Origin: a bacterium
Lineage (GTDB): Bacteria; Krumholzibacteriota; Krumholzibacteriia; LZORAL124-64-63
Assembly (NCBI GenBank): GCA_018829565.1
Contig: JAHJTW010000022.1
Location: 1-52,359 of the forward strand
DNA: 52,359 bases
Direction of reading: 5' to 3'
The position numbers and the translations under genes are program-made. Positions 1-8,654 of the stretch are shown piece after piece (the stretch's first letter is position 1; each line of letters starts with the position of its first letter). The notes under the pieces are model-generated. The model did no database searches. It had not been told where the DNA came from and worked only from the letters and a program-made list of their open reading frames with translations.

Positions 1-1668
1 CTGCGGGACCGGGAAGACAACCCCTGCGTGGTGATCCCCACCGGCGGGGGCAAGACGCCTGTCATGGCCACGGTCTGCCGCGACGCGGTGGGCCGGTGGA
101 ACGGACGAGTCCTGATCCTGGCCCACGTGAAGGAGCTGCTCGAGCAGGCGCTGGAGAAGATCCAGGTCGTGGCGCCCGAGATGTGGATGAAGACCGGGAT
201 CTACTCGGCCGGCCTGAAGAGTAGGGACACCGAGCACCCGATCATCATCGCGGGCATCCAGTCGGTGTACAAGCGGGCCTGCGAGCTCGACGCGTTCGAC
301 CTGGTGATCATCGACGAGGCCCACATGATCCCGCCCGATGGGGATGGGATGTACCGGACGTTCCTCGACGACGCCAGGAAGGTGAACCCGCACCTGCGGG
401 TGATCGGCCTGACCGCGACGCCGTTCCGGATGAAGAGCGGGATGATCTGCGAGCCGGGCAACGTCCTGAACGAGGTCTGCTACGAGATCGGTGTGAAGGA
501 GCTGATCGTCCAGGGCTACCTCTGCCCCCTGGTGACCAAGGGCGCGGCCCAGCCGCTGGACACGTCGAGCCTGCACGTGCGCGCGGGCGAGTTCATAGCC
601 AGTGAGGCCGAGGACTTGATGGACACCGACGAACTCGTGGAGTCGGCCTGTCGGGAGATCGTCGAGCAGGCGCAGGTGCGCCGATCGGTGCTCGTGTTCA
701 CCACCGGTATCCGGCATGCGGAGCACGTCGCCGCGGTGCTGGGCCGGATGGCGAGCGAGCCCGTGGCCACGGTATTCGGGGAGACGGCGAGCGAGGAGCG
801 TGACCGGGTACTGGCTCAGTTCAAAGAGGGTCGGATCAAGTACCTGGTCAACGTCAACGTGCTCACCACGGGGTTCGACGCCCCGAACATCGACTGCGTG
901 GCCATGATGCGGCCGACGCTGTCCCCGGGCCTCTACTACCAGATGGTCGGGCGGGGCTTCCGTCTGTGCGAGGGGAAGGAGAACTGCCTGGTCCTGGACT
1001 TCGGCGGCAACGTGCTGCGACACGGGCCGGTCGACGCCATCCGGGTCCGGGAGGTCCACCACCGCATGGGCGGCGAGGCGCCGGCCAAGCAGTGCCCCGT
1101 GTGCAGGAGCCTTATCGCCACCGGCTACACGGTGTGCCCTGACTGCGGCTACGAGTTCCCACCGCCGGAACGGCAACAGCACGACGCCACAGCGTCCACC
1201 GAGGGCATCCTGTCGGGCGAGGTCACGACGGCCGTCCACGAGGTCCGCGAGGTCTTCTACAGCGTCCACACGAAGAAGGGCGCGCCGGAGGATGCACCCA
1301 AGACGCTGCGGGTCGAGTACGAGGTCGGGTTCCACCAGTACTACAGCGAGTGGATCTGCTTCGAGCACGGCGGCTGGGCCCGCCACAAGGCCGAGTCGTG
1401 GTGGCGGAAGCGGTCGAACGCTCCGGTGCCGCTGACGGCGGCCGAGGCCGCGGCCCTGGCCCAGGACGGAGCCCTCTGCGAGACCGGCGCCATCACCGTG
1501 CGGACGGTGGTCGGGGAGCAATTCCCTCAGATCGTGGGCTACGAACTGGGCGAACCGCCGCCATGGCGGGAGCCCGGGATGGACGATGACCTCGAGCCGG
1601 TGGGCGCGATGACCGAGGGCGGCGTGCGGGCATACGACCCGCACGATGACGATGACCTACCCTTCTGA
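1..1668 (+). CDS. Superfamily II (DEAD/DEAH-like) phage helicase with C-terminal Zn-ribbon; 5'-partial
   Basis: Frame is open from base 1; motifs IPTGGGKT (Walker A), IIDEAH (Walker B), TATP, LTTGFDAP, QMVGRGFR; CPVC..CPDC zinc ribbon. Confidence 0.92.
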   Translation: MRDREDNPCVVIPTGGGKTPVMATVCRDAVGRWNGRVLILAHVKELLEQALEKIQVVAPEMWMKTGIYSAGLKSRDTEHPIIIAGIQSVYKRACELDAFDLVIIDEAHMIPPDGDGMYRTFLDDARKVNPHLRVIGLTATPFRMKSGMICEPGNVLNEVCYEIGVKELIVQGYLCPLVTKGAAQPLDTSSLHVRAGEFIASEAEDLMDTDELVESACREIVEQAQVRRSVLVFTTGIRHAEHVAAVLGRMASEPVATVFGETASEERDRVLAQFKEGRIKYLVNVNVLTTGFDAPNIDCVAMMRPTLSPGLYYQMVGRGFRLCEGKENCLVLDFGGNVLRHGPVDAIRVREVHHRMGGEAPAKQCPVCRSLIATGYTVCPDCGYEFPPPERQQHDATASTEGILSGEVTTAVHEVREVFYSVHTKKGAPEDAPKTLRVEYEVGFHQYYSEWICFEHGGWARHKAESWWRKRSNAPVPLTAAEAAALAQDGALCETGAITVRTVVGEQFPQIVGYELGEPPPWREPGMDDDLEPVGAMTEGGVRAYDPHDDDDLPF

Positions 1669-1684
1669 CCGCGATCGGGTGTCT

Positions 1685-3841
1685 ATGACCGAGACCGGGA
1701 CGACATTGCTGCAGGCAGCGTTGAGGTATGCGGAACTCGGGTACCCGGTCTTCCCGTGTGTGCCGGGCGGGAAGGCTCCCGCGACGCCGCACGGGTTCCT
1801 TGACGCCACCACGGACGCCAGCCAGATCGAGGCCTGGTGGACGGCTCGACCGGATGCGAACATCGGCATGCCGACGGCCGGCCTCTTGGTCGTGGACGTC
1901 GACGGGGCGGACAATCCGTGGCCCGGCGAGGACCTGGAAGGCATCGGGGACTGCCCGCTCTCCATGACGCCTCGCGGCGGCCGGCACTACATCTTCCGGC
2001 AGCCGGCTGGAAAGAGCTGGAGCAGCACCGCCGGTCGGCTCGCCCCGAAGGTCGACACCCGGGCCAACGGCGGCTACATCGTCCTGCCGCCCTCGGTCGT
2101 GGGCGGCAAGCCGTACCGGTGGGTCCGGGCGCTCGAGGTAGGACCGGCCGATCAGCCCGAAGCTCCCGCGTGGCTTGGATCCCGGGTCGAAGGTGGCGCG
2201 GACCTCTTCGCCCAAGGGCCGGGCGGGCCGGCGGAGGATAGGCCGGTTGCGGCCCAGGGCCCGCCCGTGGCGCCCCAGTGCGCTCCGGCGGCCGCCGGTG
2301 GCAACGTTATACCAGCCGGGCACCGGAACGCCACGTTGGCGCGCCTGGGCGGAGCCATGCGCCGGGTGGGGATGAGCCAGGAGGAGATCCTGGCCGCCCT
2401 GGTCCGGGCCAACCTCGACCGCTGCAGCCCGCCGCTGAAGGACCGGGAGGTCCAGCGGATCGCGACCAGCATCGCCCGGTACGAGCCCGACCAGGTCGCC
2501 GTTGCCGTGGTGGAGGACCACTGGCGGCAGGACAATCCCGGGGCGACCGAGCCCGAGGATAGCGGTCCCGAGATGCCAGATCCCGGCCCGCTGCCGGTCG
2601 ATCTCCTCCGTATCCCCGGCTTCGTCTCCGAGGTCATGGACTACTGCCTGGAAACGGCTCCGTATCCGAACAGCTCCATGGCATTCGCTGGCGCGCTGGC
2701 GCTGCTGGCCACCCTCGCGGGGCGCAAGGTGCGTGACCCCGGCGACAACAGGACGAACGTCTACATCCTCGGCCTTGCCCACTCGTCTGCGGGTAAGGAC
2801 CGCCCGCGCAAGATCAACGCCGAGATCCTGCACACGCTCGGCATGTCCGGTCAGATCGGCGGGCGGTTCGCCTCGGGCGAGGGCCTGCAGGACGCACTCT
2901 TCACCGAGCCGGCCATGCTGTTCCAGACCGACGAGATCGACGGAATGCTCCAGTCGATCAACAAGGCCCGCGACGCCCGGTACGAGAGCATCATGGAGAC
3001 GCTCCTGACCATGTACTCGTCGGCCAACTCGATCTTCCCGATGCGCCGCAAGGCGGGGCGGGACGCGCCTGGGGCCATCGACCAGCCCTGCCTGGTGGTC
3101 TTTGGCACGGCCATCCCGAACCACTACTACGAAGCGCTCTCTGAGCGGATGCTGACCAATGGGTTCTTCGCCCGGATGATCGTGCTGGAGTGCGGCAGCC
3201 GCTCGACCGGACGGGAACCGCGGCTGCTTCCGTTGCCGGAGCGCGTGCTCGAGACGGCGCAATGGTGGGCGGACTTCAGAGCCGGCACCGGAAACCTCGA
3301 GAACTGGCATCCCGTGCCGCGGGTCGTCCCGCACACCGATCAGGCGACCGACGTCCTGGTCGAGACCAGGCTCGAAGCCGAGGCTGAGTATGCCAAGGCG
3401 GAGGCGGCCGACGACAGCGTCGGGACGACCGTGTGGGGCAGAGTCAGCGAGCACGCCCGCAAGCTCGCGCTGATCTACGCCGTGAGCGAGAACCACGAGC
3501 GACCCGAGATCGGCAAGACGGCCGCGTCCTGGGCGAGCCGCCTCATCCTGCACCAGACCAAGCGGATGTTGTTCATGGCCCAATCCCATGTCGCGGACAA
3601 TCCGTTCCATGCCGAGTGCCTGCGTTTCCTGCAGAAGCTGCGTGCCGCTCCGGACCGGGCGCTGCCCCATGGCGTGCTGCTGAAGCGGATGAAGACCGAC
3701 GCCAAGAGCTTCTCCGGTCTGGTGACCACGCTCGAGCAGCGAGGCGACATCGTCGTCCAGGTGCAGGCGACTTCCGGCCGGACAGGTCGGATCTACCGCC
3801 TGGCTGGGTCATCGTCAGACGCGACGAAGGGCGGAGGGTGA
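1685..3841 (+). CDS. Bifunctional DNA primase/polymerase (Prim-Pol) with PriCT-1 and a C-terminal DUF3987-like domain
   Basis: N-terminal GYPVFPC..GK.P..PHGF.DAT, NIGMPT, VVDVD, TPRGGRH, DTRANGGYIV; PriCT-like GHRNATLARLGG..PPL.DREVQRIATSIARY; start placed at ATG 1685 (ORF track starts at 1646). Confidence 0.88.
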   Translation: MTETGTTLLQAALRYAELGYPVFPCVPGGKAPATPHGFLDATTDASQIEAWWTARPDANIGMPTAGLLVVDVDGADNPWPGEDLEGIGDCPLSMTPRGGRHYIFRQPAGKSWSSTAGRLAPKVDTRANGGYIVLPPSVVGGKPYRWVRALEVGPADQPEAPAWLGSRVEGGADLFAQGPGGPAEDRPVAAQGPPVAPQCAPAAAGGNVIPAGHRNATLARLGGAMRRVGMSQEEILAALVRANLDRCSPPLKDREVQRIATSIARYEPDQVAVAVVEDHWRQDNPGATEPEDSGPEMPDPGPLPVDLLRIPGFVSEVMDYCLETAPYPNSSMAFAGALALLATLAGRKVRDPGDNRTNVYILGLAHSSAGKDRPRKINAEILHTLGMSGQIGGRFASGEGLQDALFTEPAMLFQTDEIDGMLQSINKARDARYESIMETLLTMYSSANSIFPMRRKAGRDAPGAIDQPCLVVFGTAIPNHYYEALSERMLTNGFFARMIVLECGSRSTGREPRLLPLPERVLETAQWWADFRAGTGNLENWHPVPRVVPHTDQATDVLVETRLEAEAEYAKAEAADDSVGTTVWGRVSEHARKLALIYAVSENHERPEIGKTAASWASRLILHQTKRMLFMAQSHVADNPFHAECLRFLQKLRAAPDRALPHGVLLKRMKTDAKSFSGLVTTLEQRGDIVVQVQATSGRTGRIYRLAGSSSDATKGGG

Positions 3842-4055
3842 AGGAAGCAGTGAAGAAAGGTGAACGAAGGTGAAGGAAGCCTCTTCGAAGGTCGAATTCG
3901 GGGTGAAGGAAGGTGAACGAAGGTGAAGAAAGCTCGGACCGTAACTCGCTATAAGACACACTCTCTTCTACTTCCTTCCCTTCCTTCCCCTTCTTCCCCC
4001 CTCACGGAAATACCCCCCGTTTTCGGCGTGCGCGCGTATAGGCGGGGTGAAGGTA
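3835..4055. repeat. GGTGAA-rich short repeats and a polypyrimidine tract after the primase (origin-like)
   Basis: 19-bp direct repeat AAGGTGAACGAAGGTGAAG at 3857-3875 and 3910-3928, further GGTGAA copies, C/T tract at about 3961-4002. Confidence 0.6.
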
Positions 4056-4126
4056 GTTCCGGCCGCGCCGGCGGCGATTCTTTGGCGCCCCAGTCGCCGC
4101 AAGAGGTCAGCGTTCCAGGAGGCGCT

Positions 4127-4369
4127 GTGAGAGTCGCGGAGAGGCCAGGAGGTATCCAGGCACCCGGAACCGAAACGAACGGAATGCAGGGGCCTCTGAT
4201 TTCGTTCTGCGCCCTGTGCGGGCGGGAGTTCGAATCCCAGAACACGCGACGCGGACAACTGAAGAGGTTCTGTTCGGACGCATGCCGGGCCCGAGCCTGG
4301 CGGGACCGACGCAGCCAATCCGAGGATCCGCTCATTCAGGTCACTGACCCGGAGGTCGTCACGTCATGA
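4127..4369 (+). CDS. Small Cys-rich zinc-finger-like protein
   Basis: FCALCGREF...KRFCSDACRARAWR motif; GTG 4127 follows AGGAGG (alternative ATG at 4184); stop overlaps the next start. Confidence 0.6.
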   Translation: MRVAERPGGIQAPGTETNGMQGPLISFCALCGREFESQNTRRGQLKRFCSDACRARAWRDRRSQSEDPLIQVTDPEVVTS

Positions 4370-4683
4370 AGAGCGCCGAGAACTTGATCGCCGAAGTCCG
4401 GATCCGCCTGGCCCCCGACGCCACCAGCGGCCTGGTCGCCTTCGCCTCCTGCCGCTACGGCGGCGTCCTGCTCAATGACATCGCCATCCGCCGCGACCCG
4501 ACCGGCCACCTGTTCCTGACCTACCCGCGAAAGCTCGCGACCAATGGCCGACCTCACCCGCTGCATCACCCGATCGATCGTGAGACTGCCGGGCAGTTTG
4601 AGGTAGCGATCCTCGGGCAGATCCGTGCGCTCGTGAACGGGGAGCATGTGAGTGGGGGCAAGTCGGCGGAGGAGTCGACATGA
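4366..4683 (+). CDS. SpoVG-like nucleic-acid-binding protein
   Basis: EVRIRL..GLVAFASC.YGGVLLNDIAI.....LFLTYP.K....HPIDRET pattern typical of SpoVG. Confidence 0.7.
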   Translation: MKSAENLIAEVRIRLAPDATSGLVAFASCRYGGVLLNDIAIRRDPTGHLFLTYPRKLATNGRPHPLHHPIDRETAGQFEVAILGQIRALVNGEHVSGGKSAEEST

Positions 4684-4686
4684 ATG

Positions 4687-4720
4687 CCGAAGACCCCTCG
4701 GCTCGCCGAGAGGTCGTCGG
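4687..4720. terminator. Hairpin between convergent genes (possible bidirectional terminator)
   Basis: CCGA-AGACC-C-CTCGGC-TC-GCCGAG-AGGTC-GTCGG imperfect stem; no strong U tract. Confidence 0.4.
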
Positions 4721-4741
4721 TTCAGAACGGGATCCAGCGAG

Positions 4742-5002
4742 CTAGGCTTCGGATACGACCTCCTTCATGATCGCCCGAACGGCCGCCTCGTCCTTCGTCG
4801 CGGCGGCCACCAGCAGGCTGCGCGCAAACTTCGACGCCTTCGCCGGCCCGGCGGCCTTGTGGATTGCGTCGCGCTCGGCCTCGGTCAGCCGGAACGCGAA
4901 CACGCAGAGCTCTTCGCGCGGGGTCTTAGTCTTGGCCTCGGCGGCCGGCTTCTCGGCGGCGGGCTTGCGAGCCCGCGTGGTCTTCTTGGTGGTCTTGGCC
5001 AT
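4742..5002 (-). CDS. Small basic DNA-binding protein, ribbon-helix-helix-like
   Basis: Lys/Ala-rich N-terminus, then VFAFRLTEAERDAIHKAAG..ASKFARSLL (strand-helix-helix pattern). Confidence 0.6.
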   Translation of the reverse strand: MAKTTKKTTRARKPAAEKPAAEAKTKTPREELCVFAFRLTEAERDAIHKAAGPAKASKFARSLLVAAATKDEAAVRAIMKEVVSEA

Positions 5003-5005
5003 GGT

Positions 5006-5257
5006 TCAATTCCTCTCGCTCGGGTCCAGACGCACGATCCGGCTGGGATCCTTGCCGCAGCCCTCGCACGCCACGCGCCCGCCCTGGCGGTCGATCTCCG
5101 CCATGTCAGCGGGCGTGATCTCCTCCCATCGTTCCCAGATCCAGGTGTCGGACCCGGGGTACGGGATGTGGCAGCAGGCGCAAACGATGCTGCCCCGCTC
5201 GTTCCAGAACACCTGATGGGCCTTCAGGCCAAACCTGGGTGTCGCGGTCTTCGCCAT
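5006..5257 (-). CDS. Hypothetical small Cys-containing protein
   Basis: Tightly packed ORF with RBS; CACCH and CEGC motifs. Confidence 0.6.
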   Translation of the reverse strand: MAKTATPRFGLKAHQVFWNERGSIVCACCHIPYPGSDTWIWERWEEITPADMAEIDRQGGRVACEGCGKDPSRIVRLDPSERN

Positions 5258-5258
5258 G

Positions 5259-5585
5259 TCAGTCCACCTCCTGCGGGATGTCGGCAGCGAACACCAGCGT
5301 TCCGTCAGCGCCGTAGATCTCGACGCGGTCGATCCTGGTGTCGGGGTTCTCGCGGCCGGCGCGCAGGATGGCCTGGCTGGCCCGCATGGCGGTCAGACGT
5401 CCGTAGGCTTCGAGGCGCGCCTCCTGCCGGTCGGTGAACAGGGTCGGGTTCTCGTCGATTTGCAGTCCGCCTTTGAATTGCAGATCGAGGTCGCGCAACG
5501 AGGCCTCGAACACGAGGTCCTCGAGCGTGCTGTGGGGCTTCGGGTCGACCACGACCCAGAACTTGTCATCAGGTCCGTAGCGCAT
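5259..5585 (-). CDS. Hypothetical protein
   Basis: 108-aa ORF with AGGAGG RBS, in a tightly packed cluster. Confidence 0.65.
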   Translation of the reverse strand: MRYGPDDKFWVVVDPKPHSTLEDLVFEASLRDLDLQFKGGLQIDENPTLFTDRQEARLEAYGRLTAMRASQAILRAGRENPDTRIDRVEIYGADGTLVFAADIPQEVD

Positions 5586-5781
5586 CGTCGCTGCCTCCTT
5601 CGTTTGTCATCTGGGCGACCGTGCGGTCGCCTTCTTCGCGATCGGCGACGGGGATGAGCATCCCCCGGCCGACGACGTACCAGCCGTCGCGCCGGTGGAC
5701 GACTCGCAGGTCGCCGCTGAGGTCGAACTCCATCCCGTCGCTGAAGCGGAGGCGAGCGGGGCGGTCATGGTTCTTCGACAT
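5569..5781 (-). CDS. Hypothetical protein (70 aa)
   Basis: Start re-called at ATG 5781 (MSKNHD...), preceded by AGGAGG. Confidence 0.6.
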   Translation of the reverse strand: MSKNHDRPARLRFSDGMEFDLSGDLRVVHRRDGWYVVGRGMLIPVADREEGDRTVAQMTNEGGSDDALRT

Positions 5782-5794
5782 GGGACCGACCTCC

Positions 5795-6061
5795 TCACTG
5801 CGCCGCGGCGAAGGCCCAGGCCGGCGCGTAGGGGGAGGCGTTATCGGGGTGCCCGCCTTCGAAGAGGTAGACCACCGAGGCGGCGTCATCGGGTTCTTCG
5901 TCGGGCTCGCCTTGGGCGCGGGACTCGTCGTCCGGCGTGGCGATGCCGGCGACGGTGAATTGCAGTGGCCAGCTGGGCTGGAAGGCGAGGCGTACCTCGC
6001 ACTCGCCGAACCCACCTTCGGCGGCCTCCTGCAGGCGTTCGATCATCTCGTTGACCGTCAT
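5795..6061 (-). CDS. Hypothetical acidic protein (88 aa)
   Basis: Start re-called at ATG 6061 (MTVNEMIERL...EVRLAFQPSWPL), preceded by AAGGAG. Confidence 0.65.
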   Translation of the reverse strand: MTVNEMIERLQEAAEGGFGECEVRLAFQPSWPLQFTVAGIATPDDESRAQGEPDEEPDDAASVVYLFEGGHPDNASPYAPAWAFAAAQ

Positions 6062-6253
6062 GATGCTCTCCTTTTGGGGCGTCGGGCCCCGTGCCCGCCG
6101 CACTTACAGTGACGAGCTTTCGCGGCCGAATGGGAAGGTGAATCGACCAGTAAGTGCATTATTTGCAGTGTATTATGGACGCGCGCGGATTGGCGGAATG
6201 GGGCCAGAATCTGGCGTTCCTGAAGGCTCTCCCCGGGCCGGGATCGGCCCCGG

Positions 6254-8104
6254 CTACCCCCGCCAGCCATCGATCCACCCCCGGGGGCGCCGCAAAGGCA
6301 TGCTCGGCTCCGGCTCGGCCGCGACGGGCACCTCGCGCAGGTTGGCCAGGGCTGCCGCGCGTTCGGGCAGGGACTTCACGAACGACGGGCCCAGGATGTA
6401 GAGGGCGGCCAGGCAGTAGACCTCGAGGTCGAGGGCCTCGTTGCGATCGCGGGTCTTGACCCACTCACGGACCGTGCCGCGGTTCTTGATCCACTTGCGG
6501 ATGGCCTTCTCGGCGGTCAGCTGGGCGGTGTACTCCTCGTCGATCCATTCGGGCAGATGGCAGTAGCCGGGCCCCGGCGACCCGATGCGTAAACGCGAGT
6601 AGACGATCTCCTTGCCGGTGTCGACGCAGAGGGTGAACAGCTTCGCCCGATAGCGGTTGTGATCGGACGGTCGGCCCACGAGAGGCTTGCCACGCTCGGA
6701 GCCACCACGGACGGCGAACACGCGCCGGTCGATCCGAGCGCGGCAGAACCGGTAGACCTGCTCGGAATGGTGGCCGCCGCTGTCGACGGCGACGCAAGAG
6801 ATCGGGACCTTCTGGCCGCTCTCGTGCGTGAACTCGGTCCGCAGGAATCTGTCGAGGTCAAGCCAGACCTGGTCGCGCCCCGGATCGCCGTGGAACTGGG
6901 AGAAGGCGACAAGCCAGGACTCCTCGGCTGCGCCGTACCCCTTCACCGCGCACTCGAGGCGGTCGCCCTGCACGTCGACCGCGGCCACGAGTACGCCTAC
7001 GCCAGTAGGCACCTCGGCTTCGTATCGCTCCGCTCGGGCCAGCAGGCTGTCTGGGTCGACGGTCTCCCCGCGCTCTTCCCAGGTCTCACCCAACACGCTG
7101 TTGACCCAGTTCTTCAGCCGGAGCGGGTTCTCCTTGGACTCCACGAATTCAGCGACGGTGGCCGACCACGGCAGCCAGCCCAGGGGCGAGTAGAGACTGG
7201 GGAGGTGGAACCCGATCGTCTCGCCGTTGCCCTTCGCGGTGGGGCGCCATTGCCCATGGTTGAGCATCTGTGGCTTGAAGCGCTCCTCGATCAGGACGCC
7301 GCAGTGGACGCAGGCCAGGGCTGCGGTCTTGGGGTCGTCGTCGCGCCAGCGGATGTTCTCCCACCGTATCCAGTCGAAGTGGCCGCACTCGGGGCAGGGG
7401 ATGAAGAACCGTCGCTGATCGGAGGCCAGGAATTCCCGCTCGATCCGAGAGATACCCTTGATCGTGGGCGTCGAGACCAGGAACACCTTGCGCCGGGAGT
7501 ACAGGGGCCCCGTGGTGCGCTTCTCCGCAAGCGCGATCGGGTCGCCTTGGCCGTCCACGTCGCCCGGGTACTCGTCGATCTCGTCGCAGAAGAGCCAGCG
7601 GATCGGCATCGACTTGACGCCGGTCGCGGAGTTCGAGCCGGTCAGGAACAGGACCCCGCCAGGGAATTCCTTGATCAGGAGGCTGTTGCCGCCGTCGCGT
7701 GACCGGGCTTCGCGGACCAGCTCGTGCAGGACGGGCGTCGTGGCGATCATGGGATCGAGGCGCTGCCGGCTGAACCGCCGGGCCTCATCCACCGTGGGGC
7801 GTAGAACGAGGATCGGCCCCGGCGCATGGTGCATCACGTACCCAAGCCAGTTGTTGCCGGCCTCGGTGCCGCCCAGCTGCGAGCCCTTCATGAACACGAC
7901 CCGGCGAGCCGGCGACCGCGGACCCAGAGCGTCCATGATCTCGCGCAGGTAGGGCGTGGTGTCGGTGTGCCAGTGCACCGCGGCATGGCCAGAGCGGTTG
8001 CCCAGGACGCGGTGCTCGTCGGCCCACTCGCTGACCGTCAGTCGCGGCTCCGGCCGCCAGCCCGCCCGGTAGGCGGTCTCGTAGGTGTCACGGCCGTTCT
8101 GCAT
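6254..8104 (-). CDS. terL: Terminase large subunit, lambda GpA family
   Basis: LTVSEWADEHR, TPYLREIMD, VVFMKGSQLGGTE (Walker A-like), LFCDEID (Walker B), STPT, CPECG, N.VLGETW, AVDVQ, RNEALD..VY. Confidence 0.95.
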   Translation of the reverse strand: MQNGRDTYETAYRAGWRPEPRLTVSEWADEHRVLGNRSGHAAVHWHTDTTPYLREIMDALGPRSPARRVVFMKGSQLGGTEAGNNWLGYVMHHAPGPILVLRPTVDEARRFSRQRLDPMIATTPVLHELVREARSRDGGNSLLIKEFPGGVLFLTGSNSATGVKSMPIRWLFCDEIDEYPGDVDGQGDPIALAEKRTTGPLYSRRKVFLVSTPTIKGISRIEREFLASDQRRFFIPCPECGHFDWIRWENIRWRDDDPKTAALACVHCGVLIEERFKPQMLNHGQWRPTAKGNGETIGFHLPSLYSPLGWLPWSATVAEFVESKENPLRLKNWVNSVLGETWEERGETVDPDSLLARAERYEAEVPTGVGVLVAAVDVQGDRLECAVKGYGAAEESWLVAFSQFHGDPGRDQVWLDLDRFLRTEFTHESGQKVPISCVAVDSGGHHSEQVYRFCRARIDRRVFAVRGGSERGKPLVGRPSDHNRYRAKLFTLCVDTGKEIVYSRLRIGSPGPGYCHLPEWIDEEYTAQLTAEKAIRKWIKNRGTVREWVKTRDRNEALDLEVYCLAALYILGPSFVKSLPERAAALANLREVPVAAEPEPSMPLRRPRGWIDGWRG

Positions 8105-8651
8105 CCGCGATCTCCTGGCAGATCCGCTCGATCTCTTCCTCGAGGATGCGCTGGACCTCGGCTGGTTCGTCGACCGCGGCCAGGACGGAGGCCAGGCGCT
8201 CGGGCAGGGCGATCAACTGGTCGCGCGCCTTGCGGGCCATGTTGAACGCGCCGAGACGCACCTCGTCGGCGCGGACGAGGGTGCCACGCTTGCGGTCCAG
8301 TTCGAGCTTCGCCAGCTGCGCCTGGTACAGTTCGCGAGCGGCGCGGGCCTTGGCGTAGCCCGTGGCCGTCGATGGGCCGCCGACGATCTCATCGGCTCCG
8401 CCCATGTCCATGGGTTCGGATGGCTCGCCCGGGGTCTTGGTCTGCCTGGGGTTGCCCGTGACCCGGTTGCGGGGCTTGCTCTGGTCGGTGTTCTCCTGCC
8501 ACTGCTGGTCGGCGAGCGCGGGATCGATCTTCCCGTTCACGGTGGAGATGCGGCCTGCTTTGACGGCACGCTGAACCGCGACGTGGGTCACGCCGCGCCT
8601 GCGGGCGTACTCGCGCTGGGAGATCAGCTCCTTCTTCGCTCCCCCGGCCAC
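8088..8651 (-). CDS. terS: Terminase small subunit (Nu1-like)
   Basis: N-terminal winged HTH ISQREYARRRGVTHVAVQRAVKAGRI, coiled coil YAKARAARE..AQLAKLEL; overlaps the terL start. Confidence 0.85.
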   Translation of the reverse strand: MAGGAKKELISQREYARRRGVTHVAVQRAVKAGRISTVNGKIDPALADQQWQENTDQSKPRNRVTGNPRQTKTPGEPSEPMDMGGADEIVGGPSTATGYAKARAARELYQAQLAKLELDRKRGTLVRADEVRLGAFNMARKARDQLIALPERLASVLAAVDEPAEVQRILEEEIERICQEIADAERP

Positions 8652-8654
8652 CGC

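Noticed and set aside
1493-3670. 725-aa minus-strand ORF
   Set aside because: Antisense shadow of the primase gene in high-GC DNA; no motifs.
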